In this document: positions 23,926 to 43,675 of the stretch, in pieces
How the letters are laid out: each line of letters opens with the position of its first letter
Position numbering within the stretch: the stretch's first letter is position 1
Source of the DNA: the human T2T-CHM13v2.0 reference genome, Homo sapiens
NCBI RefSeq assembly: GCF_009914755.1
Contig: NC_060925.1
Reading direction: 5' to 3' (one strand)
Length of the DNA: 64,000 nucleotides
Program-made: the position numbers and the translations under genes
Notes under the pieces: generated by a model
What the model was told of the DNA's origin: nothing
Seen by the model: only the letters and a program-made list of their open reading frames with translations
Database searches by the model: none

Positions 23926-25548
23926 TCCTTGGGCATTTTTAGAAGTGAAGGTCTGCCTGTGAAGATTTCCTAGAAGCTTCTGCCCTCTAGCGCCCAGCCT
24001 GAGAGGTAGTGTGGCACCATCCCTACTTATCCGTGCTTCCTTCCTCAATTTACAAATCGTGATTCAGCGTGAGAAAATGATAAAGTCAGCAGGATGGAGG
24101 TGAGTAGTGCAAATACATAGCAAATACTGTAAAGATTGATGGAAGAGAAATTGGGAGAATCTAGTTAACTAGACCCAAAAGCATGCACACACCAGTATTA
24201 TTTCCTTCCCTTTCTCTCGCCCCCTCCGCTTGTAAGTTACCCTCCACCCCATCCCTTCTCCAGGAGAAACGTGCAGCCAGTCCTCAAAGTCCCCCATCAC
24301 TGGTCATGTCCTTAATCTCCCTGCTTTCTTCTGCCCTTCTTTCCAAGTGGAGAATGTGGGTTACCTGGTGGGAGAAAGCAGATCTGACTGAAGTTCTCTA
24401 TGGACTCCAGTAGAAGGCATAACTTCGTATAGGTGGGCCTATATCCGTCATTTATTGTTTTCTAAAAACAGATTTGTTATGATGAGAAAAATAATGCACG
24501 CTAATTGCAGAAAAGTACAAATTCCCTCACTTATTTATTTCTGCATGCAGATGCTTATTTAACTCAGGCTAAGTAGGTTAAGGTAAGAAATTCTGGAATG
24601 GGAAGACAGATCATTAGAGAAGAGGATAGTGGAGCTTCTAAGAGAGTCCAGGTAGGGATCACACCCAGACTCTGCATTCTTTCCCCTCCTCTGAACGCTG
24701 CCCCTTGACGTTCTTCGGTTTCCCTTCCTTCAGAGCATGTGCCCAATATCACTGTACACATTCACGTAGTTCTTTCCGCCTCTGACCTGTGATTGCTTGG
24801 GGATCTGAGCACCACGGACTGGACTGGGGTGACCTGGTGGGTTGGGCTGAATGCGGGCGCTGGGGCAGCTGCCATGGCCAAGCCTTGCCCTGGAGAACAG
24901 CTGTGCTGGGCCCACTCAGACGTACGTGCCTCCCCAGCAGACTGGCTGCATCTGGTATCCTCTTTGACTTCATCTGCATCTCTGTAACTCGAGGTCAAGC
25001 AGAAAAGAATAACCTGTTGAAATAACAAATCCATTAAGTTATTTTTAAATATGGATAAGTAAAAAATAAGAAAACAGAAATGGTTTATAATCCCACCTCC
25101 TAGCTAGCCTTTGTGGATATTTAAAAAATTACAGGCACAGCCTTAAAATGTGCAAAACAGCACGGGAAAGTCCAAATGAAAAGTAGACAGACTTTCTTTC
25201 CAGCAGTCCTTCATTTCAAAGATAACCATTACTGTCTGGGAAAAAAATATGTATGTGTATACTATCTTTTAAAATTTGTAGAACATAGATTTTTTTCCAT
25301 ATTCATTCTGCTGCTTTTTTCTTTTTTCACTTCCTATTTCTCAGAGATATTTATACATTGGCACATCTAGATGTAATTAATACTTCTTAAAAGTGCATAG
25401 AATTCCATTTGTAAGGTAGCGTAATTTATTTAGCTTCTTCCTTACTCATGGATATTCAGGGTTTAGTTTTCTCGCTATAACCACATTGCAATGAACGTAT
25501 GCTTATGTCTGTCTTGGAATATTTTTGTTGGTGTAATCGACAGGGTAA

Positions 25549-25958
<410 letters not shown>

Positions 25959-26512
25959 TTATACTCTCACCACAAAGTGAACAAGGTTGAGCATCTTTTC
26001 ATATGTAAAATGACAGTTAATATTCCTTTTTCTGTCAATTGCTTATTCATATTCTTTGCTGATTTTTCCATTGGGTTCAGCATTTACTGATTTGGCTGAG
26101 CTTGATAAGAAAATTAGGCTTTTGTCTTTCATTGTATTTTATAAATGTTTTCTCCAATTTGTCTTGTGTTTTAACTTTGTGTTTAGTTCTTGTTTTTGTT
26201 TGGTTTGGTTTTTGCTGCAGCAGCATTTTTAACATTTCATACAGCAAATTTGGCAGAGCACCTTTAGGCTATTGGCTTTTCTGTCTTATTTTGAAAGGTC
26301 TTCCCCACTGCAAGCTTATACATCAATTTACCCATGCTTTTTATTTAAAACAACAACAACAGCAGCAGCCACCACATGGTTGTTGTCAGGAAAGCCAGCT
26401 AGTAAATGCAGAAAGTTTATAAAATACACTTAAGAAACAGAAAAAAATGTTATCGTGAAATTGCTAGAGATAGTCACTGTGAATATTTTGTCATAGAAAG
26501 TTCTTGCCTTTG

Positions 26513-27342
26513 TGAAGGACGTGAACAGACACTTCTCAAAAGAAGACACTTATGCAGCCAAAAAACACATGAAAAAATGCTCACCATCACTGGCCATCAG
26601 AGAAATGCAAATCAAAACCACAATGAGATACCATCTCACACCAGTTAGAATGGCAGTCATTAGAAAGTCAGGAAACAACAGGTGCTGGAGAGGATGTGGA
26701 GAAATAGGAACACTTTTACACTGTTGTTGGGACTGTAAACTAGTTCAACCATTGTGGAAGTCAGTGTGGCAATTCCTCAGGGATCTAGCACTAGAAATAC
26801 CATTTGACCCAGCCATCCCATTACTGGGTATGTACCCAAAGGACTATAAATCACACTGCTATAAAGACACATGCACATGTATGTTTACTGTGGCATTATT
26901 CACAATAGCAAAGACTTGGAACCAACCCAAATGTCCATCAGTGATAGACTGGATTAAGAAAATGTGGCACATATACACCATGGAATACCATGCAGCCATA
27001 AAAAATGATGAGTTCATGTCCTTTGTAGGGACATGGATGAAATTGGAAATCATCATTCTCAGTAAACTATCGCAAGAACAAAAAACCAAACACCGCATAT
27101 TCTCACTCATAGGTGGGAATTGAACAATGAGAACACATGGACACAGGAAGGGGAACATCACACTCTGGGGTCTGTTGTGGGGTGGGGGGAGGGGGGAGGG
27201 ATAGCATTGGGAGATATACCTAATGCTAGATGACGAGTTGGTGGGTGCAGCACACCAGCATGGCACATGTATACATATGTAACTAACCTGCACATTGTGC
27301 ACATGTACCCTAAAACTTAAAGTATAATAATAAATAAATAAA
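26513..27342 (+). mobile_element. 5'-truncated L1PA (L1PA2/3-like), ORF2 C-terminus plus 3' UTR
   Basis: ORF 26512-27123 is the L1 ORF2p C-terminus ([15 protein letters not shown]). Perfect 18 bp TSD agaaagttcttgcctttg (26495-26512, 27343-27360). Confidence 0.95.
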
Positions 27343-27429
27343 AGAAAGTTCTTGCCTTTGATTCTATGCAGTAACTGACTGTATTTTGATGTCATGAATT
27401 ATACTTGTTAAATATTTGAGTTATATTTT

Positions 27430-28200
27430 TTAAAAAAAGTTTTTTCAGCTGTAATTTATATATCATGAAATTCACCCATTTTAGATGTATAATTCAATGA
27501 TTTTTAGTAAACTTACAGAATTGTGCAATCATCACTACAATCTAAGTTTAGAACCTTTATTTCCTTCACCCCGGAAAGAAACCGTGTGTCCATTTGCTGT
27601 CACTCTCCATTCCCTCCCCTCAGCCTTAGGCAACCAATAATCTACTTCCTGTCCCCATGGATTTGCCTTTTTTGAACATTTTATATAAATGGAATCATAC
27701 AATATGTATGTTTTTTTGTGTTTGGCCTCCTTCACTTTTGTGTGTTTGGCTTGATTTGTGTTTGCTGAAGTTGGGGCACATTCAGAATGGGGTTGACACC
27801 TTAGGAAGTGGAAGGGCTAAGAGGCAGGTTCACCAACCAGCAGTGGGGTCAGGAACGTGCTGTTGTTACCTCTGGAATATCAAGGCCAAGGTCTCTCAAT
27901 ATTTCCTGTCCCCCAGAGTAGGCCCTTCACTTAATATGAGGTTCATTTATATTGTAGCTGTATCAGTACTTCATTGTTTTTATGGCTAAATAGTATTTCA
28001 CTGAATGGATATGCCAGTTTTGAGTATCCATTCATCAGTGGAAAGACATTTGGATTGTGTCCACTTTTCAGCTGTCATGAGTTTTATGCTAGCTATAAAC
28101 GTTTGTCTACAAGTTTTTATGTGGACATAGTTTCATTTCTTCTGGGTGTGTATCAAGGAATGGAATTGCTGGGTCACATGGTAACTTTATGTTAATATTT
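27430..28200 (-). mobile_element. L1MB 3' fragment carrying a templated insertion
   Basis: Antisense L1MB 3' text (ataaatggaatcatac, ggaattgctgggtcacatgg). Confidence 0.75.
27749..27925 (+). repeat. Direct copy of 29432-29605 (~97% identical)
   Basis: Base-by-base comparison gives 4 substitutions and one 3-nt indel. Confidence 0.95.
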
Positions 28201-28336
28201 GGTTGTATTTTTGAGGAGCTGACTGGGACCAATCCATATCGAAAACCTTAACTAGGAAGTGCAGACAGGAGCCTCCAGAGGAAAACCTCCCCAGAGGGTT
28301 AAGACCTGTGCAGTGTTTAAAGTTAGAGGACTTTAC

Positions 28337-28693
<357 letters not shown>

Positions 28694-28824
28694 TTAGATG
28701 TGTTTCTTTTTGTGTGATATCAGTTGAGACACTAATGTGTAATGGACAACAAATACAAAAATGAGTGTTAAGACTGAACCCCACGTGGGCAAAACTTAGA
28801 AAGGGTCAGGGGTAAGGAGACGAG

Positions 28825-29315
28825 AACAGATGTTTGTACACCCATGTTCAGAGCAGCATTATTCACAATAGCTGAAAGGTAGAAGCATCTCAAGTGTCCA
28901 CTGATGGTTGAATGAAAAAACAAAGTGTGGTCTCTCCACACAATGGAATATTATTCCATCCTGACACGTGCTATAACATGGATGAACCTTGAGGATATTG
29001 TACTCAGTAGAATAAGCCAGTCATAAAAAGAAATAATGTATGATTCCACTTACATGAGGTTCCTAGAGAAGTCAGATTCATAGAGACAGGAAGTTCAAAT
29101 GGTAGGTGCCAGGGACTGGGAGTCGGGGGTGGGGGAGTTCATGTTAGAAACTCTGGGTACAGAGTTTCAGTGTGGGAGGATTAAAAGAATTTTGGAGATT
29201 GTTCGGCGGTTATAGTTGCACAGCAGTGTGAATATAGTTAATACAACCGAGCTATACATTTGAAAATGGTAAAAATGCTAAGTTTTATGTTGTATGTAAT
29301 ACCACATACAAAGTA
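28825..29315 (+). mobile_element. L1MB/MA 3' end
   Basis: gcagcattattcacaatagc...acatggatgaaccttgagga...gtatgattccacttacatgagg. Confidence 0.75.
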
Positions 29316-30464
29316 ATGAAAAAGAGGGGGATTCCAGTATAGTCAGAGGAGGCGTATTTGTCTCCAGACTCTCCTCTTCTCCTCCACTCCGCCCGTGGCT
29401 GGGGAAAGGGCTTCAGTAGGATTGTCCATGAGCTTGATTTGTGTTTGCTGAAGTTGGGGCACATTCAGAATGGGGTTGACACCTTAGGAAATGGAGGGGC
29501 TAAGAGGCAGGTTCACCAACCAGCAGTGAGGTCAGGAGCGTGCTGTTACCTCTGGAATATCAAGGCCAAGGTCTCTCAATATTTCCTGTCCCCCAGAGTA
29601 GGCCCCTCCGCGGGAGAGCTGGCGAGAGCAGTTTGTGAGTGCTGCCTGGGGAGCCACTGGGAAGGGTGGAGTCTGCAGCAGCATGAAGCCATGTGGAGTG
29701 CACAGTGGGGAAAAGCAGCCTGGGGGGTGGAATGTTTTGTTCAAAGCCTGAGAATTAGGTGAGAGGCCTCAGCAATTGGGTAATTAAAAAGAAAACAAAA
29801 GCCCATGAAATTGCTTCGTGGAAGTAAGAGTTTGCTTTCACTGTGTCAAGCCCAGAGTGCAGGGAGCCACCCAGCTAAGTAGAATCCATTGCCTCTCCCC
29901 AGGAAGGGCCCCAAACAGCAGCTAGTGGGAGAATGCAGAAGAGGAGAAGACGCCCACACCTTCTTCTCCAAAGCAGGCAGTCTTTAGACCTCACTTAGCC
30001 AAGAAGAGAAAGACTCTGAATGAGGACTGAATGGCTTGTTAGTATCTTGGACTGAACCTGTACAAGTTACTAAACCAATGCTGATTTTATGATCTTAACA
30101 CTGTAGAACCATCCATTATCTAAGAGTGAATGCAGAAGTCATGAGATTTGCCCAAGTATCCATTCAGGGATAGAGGAAATTATCTCCATAATTATATTTT
30201 GAAGGCACCACAGGAGAATAAACAAAAACAAACAAACAAATAAAAGACAGTTATTGGCTTTGCTACAAAACTGGTTTAGTCAATATACAAATTGTACTCC
30301 CAGCCCTTTTCCCCCCCAGAATATCTTTATTTTTTTCTACATATGAACACTTTTTTCCCCAGTGTCTTTGTAAAGACTTTTATTTTTGTGGTCCACATGC
30401 TTTAACTTGTGTATGGAAATAATCTGGACCGAGTCAGCAATCGTGGGTTCTAGTCTGTGGTCTT

Positions 30465-30789
<325 letters not shown>

Positions 30790-30965
30790 TCTTCTTTTTT
30801 TTAATTTAAATTTTTATTTTAAGTTCTGGGGTACATGTGCAGGATGTGTAGAGTTGTTACATAGGTAAACGTGTGCCATGGTGGTTTGCTGCACAGATCA
30901 ACCCATCACCTAGGTATTGAACCCAGCATCCATTAGCTATTTTTCCTAATGCTTTCCCTCCCCGA
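30790..30965 (-). mobile_element. Short L1PA 3' end
   Basis: ggtacatgtgcaggatgtg...ggtggtttgctgcac...ccatcacctaggtatt with a T-tail. Confidence 0.8.
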
Positions 30966-31593
30966 GTCTCAGTCTTCTTAACAGAGGGTGGTGGGGGGAA
31001 AGAAATATGTCTCTTGCCATGTGACAATGTTATTATGAAGATTAATATATCAGCACTGGGCTATTTATTTGGGGAGTGAGGGTGGAAGGAATAAATTCTA
31101 CATTTATACCTTTAAAAATTGTTAAATACTCTTCTATTAATATTTGAGCCTCCTTTCTTTATTTGCATTGTACATGAAATAGTCCTTACAAAATGAATCA
31201 TTTAATATGTTGGCACAAATATAGTCTTTCTTAGTCAATGTTCGCATAGAAACCATGTGGAATTATTTTACTCAAAAAGGGAGTTATTAGAAGGATGCTG
31301 GTGAAGGATATCTGCATTCCTGAGGGCCAAGACCCAGGAAGCAAGAAGCCATCAGGAATTCCCAGGCCTCATCTGCTTCATTCTTTTCTTCCAAGATTAT
31401 ATCACTGTAGTTTCAGCCAAACACAGAGATCATAATTCCATAGTCCCCAAGAAACAGCTAGGTTAGGGACATAGGTCTCTTAATATAGAAGGGCTGCCAG
31501 GAACTCAGCTAGTGGGTGTGTGGGGACAGACCTTGGAGAAAAGGGGTAATTGTGCACTGGATTGACATAAAAGAAGTGTCTGCTCTGAAGCTA

Positions 31594-31903
31594 TAGCAGC
31601 CTCCCTTATCCATGGGGTATTGATATGTTTCAAGACCCCAATGGATGGCTGAAACCTTAAATACTACTGAACACTAGACATACTGTTTTTCCCTCTACAT
31701 ACCTATGATAAAGTTTAATTTATAAGTCAGGCACAGTAAGAAATGAACAACAATAGCTAATAATGAAATAGAATTATAGCAGTATACTTTAATAAAAGTT
31801 ATGTGAATGCGGCCTCCTTCTCTCTCAGAATGCTTTGTTGCACTGTACCAAGGGTAAACTAAAAACCATGGACAGTGAAACTGCAGATAAGCGGGGACTG
31901 TTG
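31594..31903 (-). mobile_element. MER44/Tigger7-family DNA transposon fossil
   Basis: Degenerate TIRs (cagcctcccttatcc / gataagcggggactgttg) flanked by TA dinucleotides. Confidence 0.75.
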
Positions 31904-31955
31904 TATTTGGAAATGAAGCTGTCATTCATTTCCTTCCTGCCCACCAAAAACCCAC

Positions 31956-32374
31956 TGTATTAGGCCATTCTTGCATTGCAATAAAGAAATACCTGAGACT
32001 GGGTAATTTATGAAGAAAAGAGGTTTAATTGGCTTGCAGCTCTACAGGCTGCACAGGAAGCATGGCACCAGCACCTGCTTGGCGTCTAGGGAGTCCTCAG
32101 GAAGCTTTCAATCATGGCAGAAGGCGAAGGGGAGCAGGTACATCACACGGTGAAAGCAGGAGCAAGTTGGGGTAGGGAGGTGCCACACAATTTTAAGCAA
32201 CCAGATCACGTGTGAACTGAGTGAGAGCTCACTTATCACCAAGGTGATGGCCCAAGCCATTCATGAGGGATCTGCCCCCGTGATCCAAATACCCCTAGCA
32301 GGCCCCACCTCCAACATTGGGGATTACTGTTTCAACCTGAGATTTGGGTGGGGACAAATATCCAAACTATCTCA
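31956..32374 (-). mobile_element. MST (MSTA-like) MaLR solo LTR
   Basis: tgtattaggccattcttgcattgc...tccaaactatctca; TSD cccac/ccaac. Confidence 0.85.
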
Positions 32375-32628
32375 CCAACCAACCCCTAACTGTGATCACT
32401 GCAAATAAACCCCAGTAACAGAAAAAGCAGTCCAATGAAAGATATAACAATTTTTCTATTTCTTCTGAGTTTAGAAAAATGAGCTAGAAATTTGGTGTGT
32501 GGGAAAGTTCGTCTAAAGTCTTGTATATGCTCAAGAATGCCTTGTCTGTGAGTGTGCTCTATAACATTTCGAGAAACTACAGAAGGAAATTATAACGCCT
32601 TTTCCCATGAAAACTGTTAGGAAAATGG

Positions 32629-32993
<365 letters not shown>

Positions 32994-35900
32994 CTAAAGT
33001 AGATCCTATGAGGAGACAGATAATTGAACAACAACAACCAAAAAGTAAAAAAAACTCTGTGTCCTAGATGACTCCATGAAATGTAAGTCAAGCACTATGG
33101 TATACCATATTTACCCTAACAGAGAAACACTCAGAAACCTAGCCGGTTTTTTGAGGGAAGAACTATTTGTATAGAAACCTGGAGGTACAAACCATTTAGT
33201 AGGAGAATTGTCCTATTGTGCCTTCAGCCACATCTCATTTAAAATCGTAAGTAAAGAAAGTTCTAGAGCCTGTAGTAAAAATATTTATTCAAATGTAAAT
33301 TCATTTATTCAAATGCATTTTATCTACCCTTTCCTTCCATCCGGCACCTTCTCAAGGACCTCTCTAGTATAGTATTTTGGGATCTTGAATCAGCTGCTGA
33401 CCATGGCTCTTAGTTGCATAGAGACCTCTTGTTGTAAACGCATTTGCTTGTCGTGGAGCTTAACATTTATTATTTAGTAAGCAAAGATAGACATGGGTTC
33501 AGGATCCTGCAGAAATTAAACAGAGGTCCTTGAAAAACTTGAATGTGTCCTGCTTATCTTTTCATTTCTCCTTTTCCTGGGTTTTCACTGATATCCGTAT
33601 GGGAAAAATATAGCTATATTTTCCTCTTGTATTCTTCAAGCAAGTACTGAGTAGCCCAGATTCACCATTTGACAGGAAACAGTGTCATCACCGTAGGCAG
33701 ATCTAATACCGATGGAAAAGAGCTGATGTAATTTAAATGCTCTCTGTGATTTCTGGAAGTCTTTACAGAATTGTTTTGTATTGTAAGAGCCGCCAAAGGC
33801 AGCTGTACTAAGCAACATTTAACAGAGTAGTAAAATGCATTTCAGACCAGGAGGAATTCAGCCATGCTAGCACATGGCACCTTCCACGCTGAAAGGCAAA
33901 TCACAATCAGAATAAGGCCCACGAAGTTTATTTCACCTACTGTGTTTGCAACTTTGCCAAACCGCAACTTTAACAGTGACATAGACATATAAATATATAA
34001 TGTACATGAACAAATGACCAGTAAACTTTGACATCTGGTTTTTATCTTAAGTCTGTTTCTTTGTCTTGTCACTGTGGAAAAAAACCCGGAAAAGTCTTGA
34101 AAGCTAATTAGCTCCAAATTTATTTTAGGAATGAAGGGCCAAAGAGTTTTGATGACAAATTTTTCTTTGTTGCAGCTGCCAAGCTGGTCTCTGACCCCTC
34201 AATTTAATGGAAGTGATTATTTATTTGCACATACGTCCTTTGTTTTTTTCAATACAGAACTCTCTTTCCTGGAAATAGGCACCTAGCTTCTAATTCCCAT
34301 TTGCAAAGAATTTGCTGTCTTAAACAAGCTTTAAAATACTGTACTAAACATCTCTTTCAATATATTCCTTTATTAAACTGATTTCTAGGCTTTATCAGAG
34401 GGAATGTATAATAATAATATGTATTGTTTTTTGAGTTTACATTTTCCTTCAAATTAAAAAATTTTTTTCTTATAAGACTAATTTCCCACCCAGTTTACAT
34501 ATTCTTAGTGGGTGTGCATGCAAACACACACGTATGTACACATATACACACACAGTTTATACATTCTTGTCTTTTTCATTATATTTATGAATATGTTATT
34601 TTGGTATAGGTGTAAATGAAAAGTTATTAATTTCAGGTTATTGATTGTCTATTATTTTGAAAGACCAAAGTTTGACTTAATTCCACTTTATCATAATCAC
34701 AAAACTTCTGGTGGGCTATCTCATCCTTTTAAAGCAGTTAAATAGCTTTTATATAAATATGAATATATAATATGTACACAAATGTATGTACCCATACATA
34801 TTTGAGAAATATATATAATACATATGGCATATATATGAAAGCACCACTGAATCAGACACATTATATACATTTCTCTTGATTTTAGAGCAAAAAGCGTTTA
34901 GGGGGAAATGTATAGGCTGAAGTTAAAGATTTGGGAACTCAGTGGTCATAAAGTTGCTGGTCTAATGATGTCAATGTCAGTCCTCCAGCCTAATGGGAAA
35001 GGTATGGAGAACCCCTTAGCTTTCTTCTCAACAGAACTTGTCTCCTTTTCCTCCTCTGCACACTGTGAGACTTTGTAGGACTTAGAAGGCTATGTCTGTG
35101 AATCAGCCAGGAAATAGATCTCTCTGCTGGGCTTAATCAACCTCTGCTGCCCTTAGGTCTTCGCAGAGGTCCTGGGATTGCAGGTTCTGGACCTAGCCCA
35201 AGGAAGCTCAGTTTTTCCTTGCCAAAATCTACGCAAATAACATCCAGAAGTGGATCACTTTTTCTTTTTTTTAAGAGCATGAATTTAAGTGTCACTCATT
35301 CTCCCATGTAAACATTGGCATAAATAGCTGATTTTATCCTTGGGATGGCATAGTCTATCCCACGACTGCCAAAAGAACCTGGACCCTGCCATGGTAAATA
35401 AACCCCTCATCTTGCCCAAGAAGAAGGACATTTATATGGTTATAAATACCTACATTTTATTACAGGCTTAAAATTTGATACAAAATGTAAACATTGTGTT
35501 TGGCATAGTTGGGAGTAAATTTACATTGCTAATGGTTGCAAAACAAAAATAAGCTTTAGTTAGCAAAGAAAACTTTAATAATTCTATTGAAAATAAATTT
35601 TACTGCTATGGCAACTGTAGAACAAAGATAATAAACAAAAGATAACCATGGCGTGAAACCATATCACATTTGTGGGCCATGGGCTGGGAGATTGAATCCT
35701 TAGTACTTCTTATGAAAACACAGTGCTTCAGTCAATTTCTGGATCTTACTATCGGCATACTGTTATGAAGACACATTATTCTGCTTAGTCTGCTTGCCTT
35801 TTAGTGAACTTAGTTATATTCATGTCTAAAAAAACCTGTAAACTTATTATGCATGACTCATTTTTTCATAGTCTTCAAAATGATTGTAAGGATAGATAAT

Positions 35901-36049
35901 GATCTAGTAAACTAATGTTACAATTAACTATTAATCATTGGCTATTTAGATTTATAGTTTCACTTTTGTAGTTTTTGCCTCTATTGACATATTTTCTAAG
36001 GATAAATTTGTAGGAATAAAATTCTTGTGTGAAGGGGTTATTGATATTT

Positions 36050-36761
<712 letters not shown>

Positions 36762-37382
36762 TTATTTATCTTTACGACCTTTTCCCCTGTTGTTTAGGCA
36801 CTTGTGTGAGCTCAAGAAACATCTAATGAATCAAAAGATAGTCCTTTGGTGCTTTAGAAATGTGGTTTTGAGATTAAGTCAAATCAATAAGTCTTTATTG
36901 AGCGTGTGTTAAGTACAATAGCACAGACCAAAGCGCAAAGAGATTCTGGGGATTTCGACTTATGAGTTAATTCAGGCTCCACTAGGGCAGAAGCTGTTGT
37001 TCACTTTTCTCCTTCTTGGGTGACAGGTGGGTCTGCATCACAGCTGCTCTGGAGGAAGAGCAGCCATCTCTTCCTGCTGTCACCATTGCCTTGGTAGGAC
37101 TGGTGTGTGTATGGGTGTGTACTTGTCTTTCTTAACCTTTCACTTTTGAAGATCTTCCTTCTTCATCTTGTCCTGCCCTCTGGAAGGTGAGAAGTTGCTT
37201 GTGTTATCTCCATTTGTGTGCAGTCTAAAATGGCTACAGGGCATTCTAAGCAAAGGGGCTCGAGGAGGAGATGTTGGATATCTCAGGAGAAGACCCTGAA
37301 GAAATCCCTTCTCCCTAGAGGAAAAAAGTCGCGGGCAGCAATCGAGATGGCTCTACCGAATAAAGCAGTTTTTAGTCAACTT

Positions 37383-37399
37383 CTACCACCTAGTGGCCA
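37383..37399 (-). promoter_or_regulatory. Candidate CTCF site
   Basis: Minus strand TGGCCACTAGGTGGTAG is close to the CTCF core consensus; unique, locally CpG-retaining context. Confidence 0.6.
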
Positions 37400-37729
37400 T
37401 TTCTGAGAGGCTCTTTTCCCCTTTATTTATTTTTAAAAGTATTTTGACATATGCAAAGACATTTGTATCTGTCAATCCATGTTTTCTTTAAAAATGTCAA
37501 GATCAAAATAACACAGTGTCACAAAGAGAAGTAATCATTGCAAGAACTAAAACCCAGAGATGCTTAAAGATGGTTCTTGGGCAACCACTTATATTTTAGT
37601 TTGTTCCCTTCAGTCCTATTTGAATTTTTAAAATTCTATTTGAATTTTTATTGTCACATGTGTATGATACTTTTATAATATATATTTTAAGTTTTTAAAT
37701 TTATAAAGGTCTTTTTAATATATAAATAG

Positions 37730-38083
<354 letters not shown>

Positions 38084-38629
38084 TTAGTGCAAAAGGTGTA
38101 TTAAATATGAATGTGAAAAAAGTTTAAAAGGAAAAATTTTAAATGTTTGTTTTTCAGATAACCTTATATAACATGGGAAATAAACATTACTTAAAAATTT
38201 ACTTCATTTGCTCCTACTTCACCAAATCAAATGGTTTCCATTTCTCAGGTTGTTTTCATTCATTGATCGATATGCAAACGTAGTTTTTCTCTCATATATA
38301 ACAGTCCATCCAGATTTTCTGACATGGGATCAGAATCTTTAAATGCTTCATTATAGAAACATCACCATCTACAAGGGGGCATGAGTGAAATCAGTAGAAT
38401 TTTCTTTGCTTGAGATCTCTTTTGCCAGAAGGGCAAGTGGCTTTTGTCAAATGAATTGTGTTTTGATGAAACAGTGTAGCTGATACTCAGAAGCCTGGAG
38501 CAAACCTTCTGGTACAGGAGAGGGCCCTTCTGTTGTGTAAGTTTTGCAGTAGCACAGACTGCATTTTTAGCTCTGACACAGTCTTCGTGATTTTGGACAA
38601 AAACTAGACTTTCAGACTCGATTCCTTGG

Positions 38630-39030
38630 TGCATTAGTTTGCTAGGACTGCCATAGCAAAGTACCACAGACTGTGGCTTAAACAGCAGAAATGTATTGTC
38701 TCACAGTTCTGGAGGCTGGAAGTCTAAGATCAACGTGTTGGCTGGGTTGGTTTCCTATGAGACTGCTTCTCTTGGTTTGCAGGCAGCTGCTGTCTTGATG
38801 TGCCCTCACGTGGTCACCCCTCAGGGTGTGTCTGTGTCCTGTGTCTGTGGCCTCATCTCCTCTTCGTATACGAATATCAATCATATTAGATTAGGGTCCA
38901 CCCTTAATGACCTCATTTTAACCCAATTGCCTCCTTAAAGATCCTATTTCTAAATACGGTCACATTCAGAAGCACTGGGGCTTAGGGCTTCAGCACTTGA
39001 ATTTTGGAAGTCACAACTCAGCTCATAGTG
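38630..39030 (-). mobile_element. MLT1A-like MaLR solo LTR
   Basis: tgcattagtttgctaggactgccatagcaaagtaccacagac...cacagttctggaggctggaagtc; TSD cttgg/cctgg. Confidence 0.8.
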
Positions 39031-39648
39031 CCTGGCTTGGGAATATGGCTAATAATTTCGCCTGGCAGAATTGTGCAGTTGTGAGGTCATGTTTAGAAAA
39101 CTCCTGGTGTGATGCCAAGGTGCACAGTAGCTGCTCAATGAACAAGCTGTTATTCCTACTTCAGTTTGGATTTTGAATATCAGATTTCCTTAAAGTGAGG
39201 AGCCCCTATAACAGAATCCAGGGATTTTTAAAATATTGGATCAAAATGCCATTCAGTCAACTAGGACCTGACACTAATCTATCTCATTGCATCTTCTCTG
39301 GCCTTCATGCTGCACCAAGACACTGCACGTACTAAATGCTCCACTTTTAGGAATGCTTAATTGTCCTGTCTGGGTCCACTCACTCCAGTTACTCCAGCTC
39401 ACCCTGGGAGGCAGTAAGCCATCCCAAGAACCATGGTTAGGACCATAGGTCCTGGAGTCCCCAAGATGTCCAGCTCCATTGCTTACATCCTAGACATAGG
39501 CATGGTATTTAACCTCTTTAAAGCTTCAGTTTCCCCATTTGTGAAATGGGGGTAATTGCATCACTACTAAATCTGTAGCATTCTTTTGAGAACTGAAAAA
39601 AATGGTCAAAGTAAAGCCCTTGGCATAATGGTAACAGACAATAGATAA

Positions 39649-39970
<322 letters not shown>

Positions 39971-40270
39971 GGTAAACTCATTACTGTTGGCTTTTATTAT
40001 GATTTTTATTTGCCTCCCAGTACCTAGGTATCTAATTATAAGAGGAATGCCCTTTCAGAATCCCTGTCATAGTATTGCAGTTAGCAGGGCTAGCTCCACT
40101 GCATTCCTGAGAAGTGATGCTTGGGAGGCTGATATCTCTCCTGCATCCTGCTGCTGCCCTATAAAGGAGGAGGGCAGTGGGGCTCAACTCCCAGCCTGCA
40201 CACCTCCTCCTCTTCCTTAGCTTGCTGATCTTTCTCTTAAGGGCTTTTTCCTCCCTCTGCCTACCCCGGT

Positions 40271-42795
<2,525 letters not shown>

Positions 42796-42847
42796 GACTC
42801 TCTGCCTAATTATAACCATGTTACAGTATCTGAAAGAACCTTCTCTT

Positions 42848-43675
<828 letters not shown>

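Noticed and set aside
26512-27123. 203 aa ORF, the longest in the window
   Set aside because: C-terminal piece of L1 ORF2p in a 5'-truncated, promoterless L1.
29310-30300. GC-moderate segment that is the donor of the duplication and resembles a very old LTR
   Set aside because: I could not assign a family or termini with confidence, so it is not listed as a feature.
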